IMG/VR virus record: IMGVR_UViG_3300042301_004349
Coordinates: 96,001-160,000 of that record
Strand: one strand, 5' to 3'
Source of the DNA: a virus
Length of the DNA stretch: 64,000 nt
The notes under the pieces are model-generated. The model was not told the DNA's origin. It saw only the letters and a list, made by a program, of their open reading frames with translations, and searched no databases. The translations under genes were made by a program, and so were the position numbers. Shown here piece after piece: positions 59,469-64,000 of the stretch (within the stretch, counting starts at the first letter, position 1; every line of letters begins with the position of its first letter).

Positions 59469-60068
59469 TTATGCTAACAATGCATGATATTCTTTAAAAT
59501 GTTTAATTCTATCTGCCAATCCAATTGTTCCACCATTAACACGCTTAGTAATTTGTGTAACAACAGCATCTGTTGCACCACCATCGGCTAATTTATGTAA
59601 ACCATTCTTACTAAAGAACCACGCTGCAGAAAGTAATGCATATTTGTCTGATACTACATCAGGATTTAATGTTATATTCTCATTAATTGCTTTCCCAAAT
59701 TCGGTATAATTTGCTTTACCTGTTAATTGAATATATCCTCTACCTCTAAACTTAAATCCATCACCAGATGCTTCATCACCATTCGCCATGCGATTTGCAT
59801 AAACTTTATTAGCAATCTTTTGTGGGTTTCTAGCATATGGGGTAGCTGCTGCTTCGGTTGGAAAATACTTTTTAAAAGTACCAACTAATCCTTTAGCAGA
59901 ATAATTTAAATTTTCTTTTGTTGCTCTAAATCCACCGGATTCATGACCACATTGTGCCAAAAAATGAGCTAAACGTAATGGAGTATTTATTTGGAATTTT
60001 TCCATAACTCCTGGAATTTGGGCTATAACAGCCTCAGGAATGTGTCCTTTTAATTTTTCTAGGTTCAT
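59469..60068 (-). CDS. Glycoside hydrolase family 19 endolysin
   Basis: AHFLAQCGHESGGF, ENLNYS, FRGRGYIQLTGKANY, SAAWFF, TKRVNGGTIGLADR. Confidence 0.92.
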   Translation of the reverse strand: MNLEKLKGHIPEAVIAQIPGVMEKFQINTPLRLAHFLAQCGHESGGFRATKENLNYSAKGLVGTFKKYFPTEAAATPYARNPQKIANKVYANRMANGDEASGDGFKFRGRGYIQLTGKANYTEFGKAINENITLNPDVVSDKYALLSAAWFFSKNGLHKLADGGATDAVVTQITKRVNGGTIGLADRIKHFKEYHALLA

Positions 60069-60080
60069 ATTTTATTTAAT

Positions 60081-61910
60081 TTATAGTGTTACAATTCGTC
60101 CTTGAATATCTATATCAGGAAATCTAACTTCAAATATAGAAGGATCTAATGATGGGTATAGTATGTTATTTCTAATAGCACCTGGAATATCATAGCTATA
60201 TATAGAATAATTACCTCCAGATTTATTTACAATTTCTACCTTAGATATTGATTGAACTCCTCTAACTTGTAATAAAGTTGAATTCACATCAGATATAACT
60301 AATGGTTTATTTATCTGCATGTTTTCAATGCTAAATCTATCTTTTAAAGCTTTTATACAATTACTTAATACTTCTTTATTATTAAATGTTGGTAAAACAG
60401 AAATATCAAAATTAATACCTATATTAATATAATAAGCATTTTTAATATTAATAGCATCTGTAGCCATTCTATATTGTGATAAATAATTTTTAATATTATT
60501 TTTTAATACAGATGATGGCATAACTAGTTGTTTACTGGCGTTGTATCCTAAAGTATATAAACTGATAGATAATGGATTATTATCTAATAATCGATCATTT
60601 CCTGAATTTTGAGATAAAGCAAAATCATTAATTGCATATACTTTAGCTACTGATCCAAAATGACTAGGCATGCTAAGTACTCTATTAATATAATCTTCTT
60701 TAGTCACTACTCTGTTTTGAGAAGAAAATGAATAGAGAGTATTTTGTCTAATTTCTTCAACAGTATCTTCATTTCTACCCCCAACCGCAGGTTCAGGATT
60801 AGTAATAATCATACTATTAAAAATATCTACATTTTGTGGAGAAGATACATTACCATTAAAAGTAATGTCATTTAGGTTAAATTTTCTATTTACAATCTCA
60901 TTAGATGAAATATTAGATGCAATTCCACCCCCCACTAGATATTTTATAGTTAACACACCTGTTGGTGCTAATCCATATTCTCTGGTAGTTACTACTGTTG
61001 CCTTGTTAAATGAATTATTTGGATCATAAACATTAGCATTTATACCAATATTTAGATTATTTGGATTTGGTAGTATAGTAGAATCTGAAGAGGTATTAAT
61101 TCCTGCTCCAAATTGTAATTCTAAATCACCATTTTCTTTAAATCTAGTAACAAATCTTTTAGGTGTTTCTATATAACTTAATAAATAAGGAATAGAATCT
61201 GTATTATAGGATGGATTTGTAGCTTTTTGTGGTATACCTTGTTGAGCTAAATATGGTACTTCATACCAAATTCCATTTGTACTATCTGTTACTTGTAATA
61301 TATTTAATATTTGATCATCAGCTATAGTAGTACTGGTGAATTTTTGTGGAGTTGATCCAAAATCAACAGTAGTTGTTTTAATTTCTGCTGAAATAGCTTT
61401 TACAATTTTTGTAACTCTAGCAAATCCTGTACCTTCAAAAAATATAGTTCTGTTTTCTTCTTTTGAAAAATCAACTAATTCCGTAGTTAAAAATTTTACA
61501 CCATTTATACTTTCAACAACACTATTTTCAGGAATTATCATATAATAATTACTATCTGGGATTTGTGTATTGTTTAGTAGATTAGTAATTAATGGTACTC
61601 GTTGAGATATTTGTAAATCAACATATGAAGCATATGACATTTTAGGTCTATACCCCAATGCATAAGCTAAGGAAATAGCATTACTTTTTTCTTTTGTATA
61701 TAAAAGTAAATTTTCTTGAAACTGAGTATCTAAATAGAAAGATAAAACATCCCCTACATAAGAAGCCATTTCAATAAACATCATCCCTGGTGATGCATCT
61801 GAGAAATCATTATGTACTGAAGGAAAGTAAGTTTTAGCATGATTAATCAAAGTTGATTTAAAATCACTAAAACTTTTATTTAAATACGATATGTTTTTTG
61901 TTTCAGACAT
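60081..61910 (-). CDS. Baseplate wedge subunit, T4 gp6-like
   Basis: DFSDASPGMMFIEMASYVGDVLSFYLD, LAYALGY, LQFGAG, GGRNEDTVEEIR, QNRVVTKEDY. Confidence 0.88.
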   Translation of the reverse strand: MSETKNISYLNKSFSDFKSTLINHAKTYFPSVHNDFSDASPGMMFIEMASYVGDVLSFYLDTQFQENLLLYTKEKSNAISLAYALGYRPKMSYASYVDLQISQRVPLITNLLNNTQIPDSNYYMIIPENSVVESINGVKFLTTELVDFSKEENRTIFFEGTGFARVTKIVKAISAEIKTTTVDFGSTPQKFTSTTIADDQILNILQVTDSTNGIWYEVPYLAQQGIPQKATNPSYNTDSIPYLLSYIETPKRFVTRFKENGDLELQFGAGINTSSDSTILPNPNNLNIGINANVYDPNNSFNKATVVTTREYGLAPTGVLTIKYLVGGGIASNISSNEIVNRKFNLNDITFNGNVSSPQNVDIFNSMIITNPEPAVGGRNEDTVEEIRQNTLYSFSSQNRVVTKEDYINRVLSMPSHFGSVAKVYAINDFALSQNSGNDRLLDNNPLSISLYTLGYNASKQLVMPSSVLKNNIKNYLSQYRMATDAINIKNAYYINIGINFDISVLPTFNNKEVLSNCIKALKDRFSIENMQINKPLVISDVNSTLLQVRGVQSISKVEIVNKSGGNYSIYSYDIPGAIRNNILYPSLDPSIFEVRFPDIDIQGRIVTL

Positions 61911-62320
61911 TATTCAAAGTTAATTTGTATTTCATCACTTTCTCCTGATATTTTCATACTATATTCAACTTTCACATTTACATAGTTTTGATCTGGTTCT
62001 GGAGTAATGATTACATTTTCTAAATTTATTTCAGGTATAAATGTTTGTATACCAACTCTTATATTATTATTAATTTTATTAATATTATCAGAATTGATAA
62101 AATCAAATATAGATTTTTTTATATCACACCCAAATTCAGGATTTTCAATCCTTTCACCTTTATTAGTTAATAAAAGGTTAATTAAATTGTATTTTACTTG
62201 TTCTTTAGTACTATATGTGCTTCTAAAAGCAGAAGGCTTATTAAAAGGGATACTAAGACCAACTGCAATATTCTTTTGCAAGTCTCTAGGATCGACACGA
62301 TATATTGTTGGTGTAGGCAT
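61910..62320 (-). CDS. Baseplate protein, T4 gp25-like
   Basis: NLINLLLTNKGERIENPEFGCDI. Confidence 0.9.
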   Translation of the reverse strand: MPTPTIYRVDPRDLQKNIAVGLSIPFNKPSAFRSTYSTKEQVKYNLINLLLTNKGERIENPEFGCDIKKSIFDFINSDNINKINNNIRVGIQTFIPEINLENVIITPEPDQNYVNVKVEYSMKISGESDEIQINFE

Positions 62321-62322
62321 TA

Positions 62323-62673
62323 TTATCCTTGTTGCATCATTTGTCTCATTTCTTGAGGGCTGAGGTTATTAGCAGTATCATTAATAAAAGCAGCAAACGG
62401 ATTATCACTGTTTGGAATTACTTGTAAATTAGATTGAGGTTTATTACCTGCGGGCATTCCGAACATTTCGGCCATTTTATTACCCATTTGTGATCTCATT
62501 CCAACACTATGAACATCACCACTATCAAATGATAATGAGCGATTTTCAGTAAGTGGTTGACTTTGTACAGCATTTCCACTTTTTAATTGTTCCAATAACA
62601 TTAAGCCAATTTCTTCACGAACTGCTTCGCGAACTGCTTCTTTAATAACTGATTTGAATTGTTTAGCATCCAT
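62323..62673 (-). CDS. Hypothetical protein with N-terminal FKSVIKEAVREAVREE tag
   Basis: 116 aa; contains PLTE. Confidence 0.7.
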   Translation of the reverse strand: MDAKQFKSVIKEAVREAVREEIGLMLLEQLKSGNAVQSQPLTENRSLSFDSGDVHSVGMRSQMGNKMAEMFGMPAGNKPQSNLQVIPNSDNPFAAFINDTANNLSPQEMRQMMQQG

Positions 62674-62684
62674 AATAATAAATA

Positions 62685-63956
62685 TTAAGCTTTAAGATTT
62701 CGTTGATCTATGATTAATTTAAGTTCTTCAATGAGGATATCAGGATCTAATGTAAATGAACGTGATGATTGTAATACTTCATTTTTATCTGCATTTAAAG
62801 CAACGGCATAACGACGTGCATTTCCTGCTACGACGAATCTTGAATCGTTTTCTTCTTTTATAGCAAATGTAAATCCTTTGTAATCTGATGTGATTGCACC
62901 TAAATTTCCTGATGGTGAAAGTGCTGATAGAAGATTATCTAAATCGGTTCTATCAAATGCTGTTAGATTTGAAGGTTCTTCAAAAAATCCATCAATTTCT
63001 TTAAGTCTTTCTTTTTGTTCTTCTAATTCTTCAATAATCCTATCTAATAACAATCGTATAATAGAAACAGCAGCTAGTAATCCTGTTATTATTTTAATAG
63101 CTAATTCGTATTTTTTTCTAAATCTTTCTTTAGCAGGTGTAACAACATCAGGTAACGGACCTGGTGGGGTAGGTAATGGTAAGATTACATCAGCTAGTAC
63201 TAATACTATATCTAGTACCGATAATATAAGTGAAATTCTTTCTAAAATATTTTTTATTGAATTAATTTTAGCTTCATTTTCATTTATAATTCTAATAGCA
63301 TTATTTCTTAATAAAGTTGCTTTTCTAATGTCATCGTTAGATTGAATATTATCAATAACATCATTAACATTATCAACTAATTCTTCAATTCTTTTATTTC
63401 TTACTGATATTAATTGACTGGTTATGGTTAAAGAGGCCATAATCAGTGGAATAGGATTTTTTTTAGCTGATGCTGCAGCTCCTCTTAATAAATCTTTTAT
63501 TATCCTAGCGTTTTTCCCTTTAACTCTCTTATGACTTCTTTTTAAAAATCCATTAATTTTCCCATCAGCTGCATTTAATTTTATTAGAATTGCGTCTCTA
63601 CTATTATTAATTAATGTTTGGTAGTTTGCTGTTTTGCTAGTTATAAAATCTTGTAATTCTTTTATTTCTCTATCAAAATTTCCCTGAAGGGTTTCTTTAA
63701 TTCTGTCAACTTCTTCTCTAGTAATTGATTTATTTTCAATGCGTTTATCTAAATCAGCAAATTTTTTAAATAAATCTTTTGTTAGACTTTCAATTTTATT
63801 TTTAGCTTCTTCAATATCATTTAAGATAAGTTGAATGGGGTTAGTACTTATTTGTCTTTTAATTATTTCACCAACATTGCTTTTAAGAGATTTTAATTTA
63901 CTCTTAGCTGATGCTGCTTTAGATACTAATCCTGATACGTTGAATAAATTAGCCAT
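62685..63956 (-). CDS. Hypothetical coiled-coil protein with hydrophobic helices
   Basis: 423 aa open frame; TAATG-coupled to the upstream gene. Confidence 0.7.
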   Translation of the reverse strand: MANLFNVSGLVSKAASAKSKLKSLKSNVGEIIKRQISTNPIQLILNDIEEAKNKIESLTKDLFKKFADLDKRIENKSITREEVDRIKETLQGNFDREIKELQDFITSKTANYQTLINNSRDAILIKLNAADGKINGFLKRSHKRVKGKNARIIKDLLRGAAASAKKNPIPLIMASLTITSQLISVRNKRIEELVDNVNDVIDNIQSNDDIRKATLLRNNAIRIINENEAKINSIKNILERISLILSVLDIVLVLADVILPLPTPPGPLPDVVTPAKERFRKKYELAIKIITGLLAAVSIIRLLLDRIIEELEEQKERLKEIDGFFEEPSNLTAFDRTDLDNLLSALSPSGNLGAITSDYKGFTFAIKEENDSRFVVAGNARRYAVALNADKNEVLQSSRSFTLDPDILIEELKLIIDQRNLKA

Positions 63957-64000
63957 TATTTTGCTACTCTTACTTTTTGTGATTTAATTTTTTCTAATTT
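63956..64000 (-). CDS. 3' end of an upstream gene (partial)
   Basis: ...KLEKIKSQKVRVAK*; TAA overlaps the ATG at 63956. Confidence 0.55.
   Translation of the reverse strand, partial: KLEKIKSQKVRVAK

Larger units (their letters stand above)
1143..62685 (-). promoter_or_regulatory. Dispersed putative late-promoter motif ATATTTAT (19 copies just upstream of genes)
   Basis: + strand ATAAATAT at 1143, 5506, 10501, 11848, 16658, 17366, 20334, 24949, 26845, 28448, 30401, 34096, 36611, 42573, 45428, 48841, 53529, 59420 and 62678, each upstream of a minus-strand start. Confidence 0.75.

Noticed and set aside
10634-63345. All plus-strand ORFs in the track (e.g. 19140..19739, 34547..34984, 62890..63345)
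   Set aside because: Antisense to well-supported minus-strand genes, with no recognisable motifs.
1-64000. Stop-codon reassignment, as in some large Bacteroidota phages
   Set aside because: Core genes are intact in the standard code, and TAA, TAG and TGA all end genes at sensible positions.
1-64000. tRNA, rRNA, tail sheath/tube and small terminase genes
   Set aside because: None recognisable; intergenic gaps are short and explained by hairpins and motifs. Sheath and tube probably lie outside the window.

Overview
This is a 64 kb AT-rich segment of a large tailed dsDNA phage with a T4-like myovirus head/neck/baseplate gene set. All credible genes are on the minus strand, densely packed, often coupled by TAATG/ATGA overlaps and lacking Shine-Dalgarno motifs; with SprB-like repeats and Bacteroidota-like promoters, this suggests a Bacteroidota host (inference). 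In transcription order (right to left): gp25- and gp6-like baseplate genes, GH19 endolysin, wedge genes (one apparently split by an SprB-repeat insert), GIY-YIG nuclease, primase, exonuclease, a ~17 kb block of mostly unknown genes, terminase, portal, protease, scaffold, major capsid, PhoH, gp13/14/15-like genes and three collagen-like fibres. Main candidate novel system: about 20 unrelated proteins carry one of three short peptide tags ending in (I/L)-x-E, the T4 gp21 cleavage pattern; two tags match parts of the scaffold, suggesting modular capsid cargo loading. Also notable: an ATATTTAT motif (T4 late promoter in reverse orientation) in most intergenic gaps, sometimes built into terminators; a pseudoknot/terminator RNA candidate; a possible ~60-nt sRNA; two genes missed by the ORF track. 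Family calls are by-eye motif recognition, not database searches.
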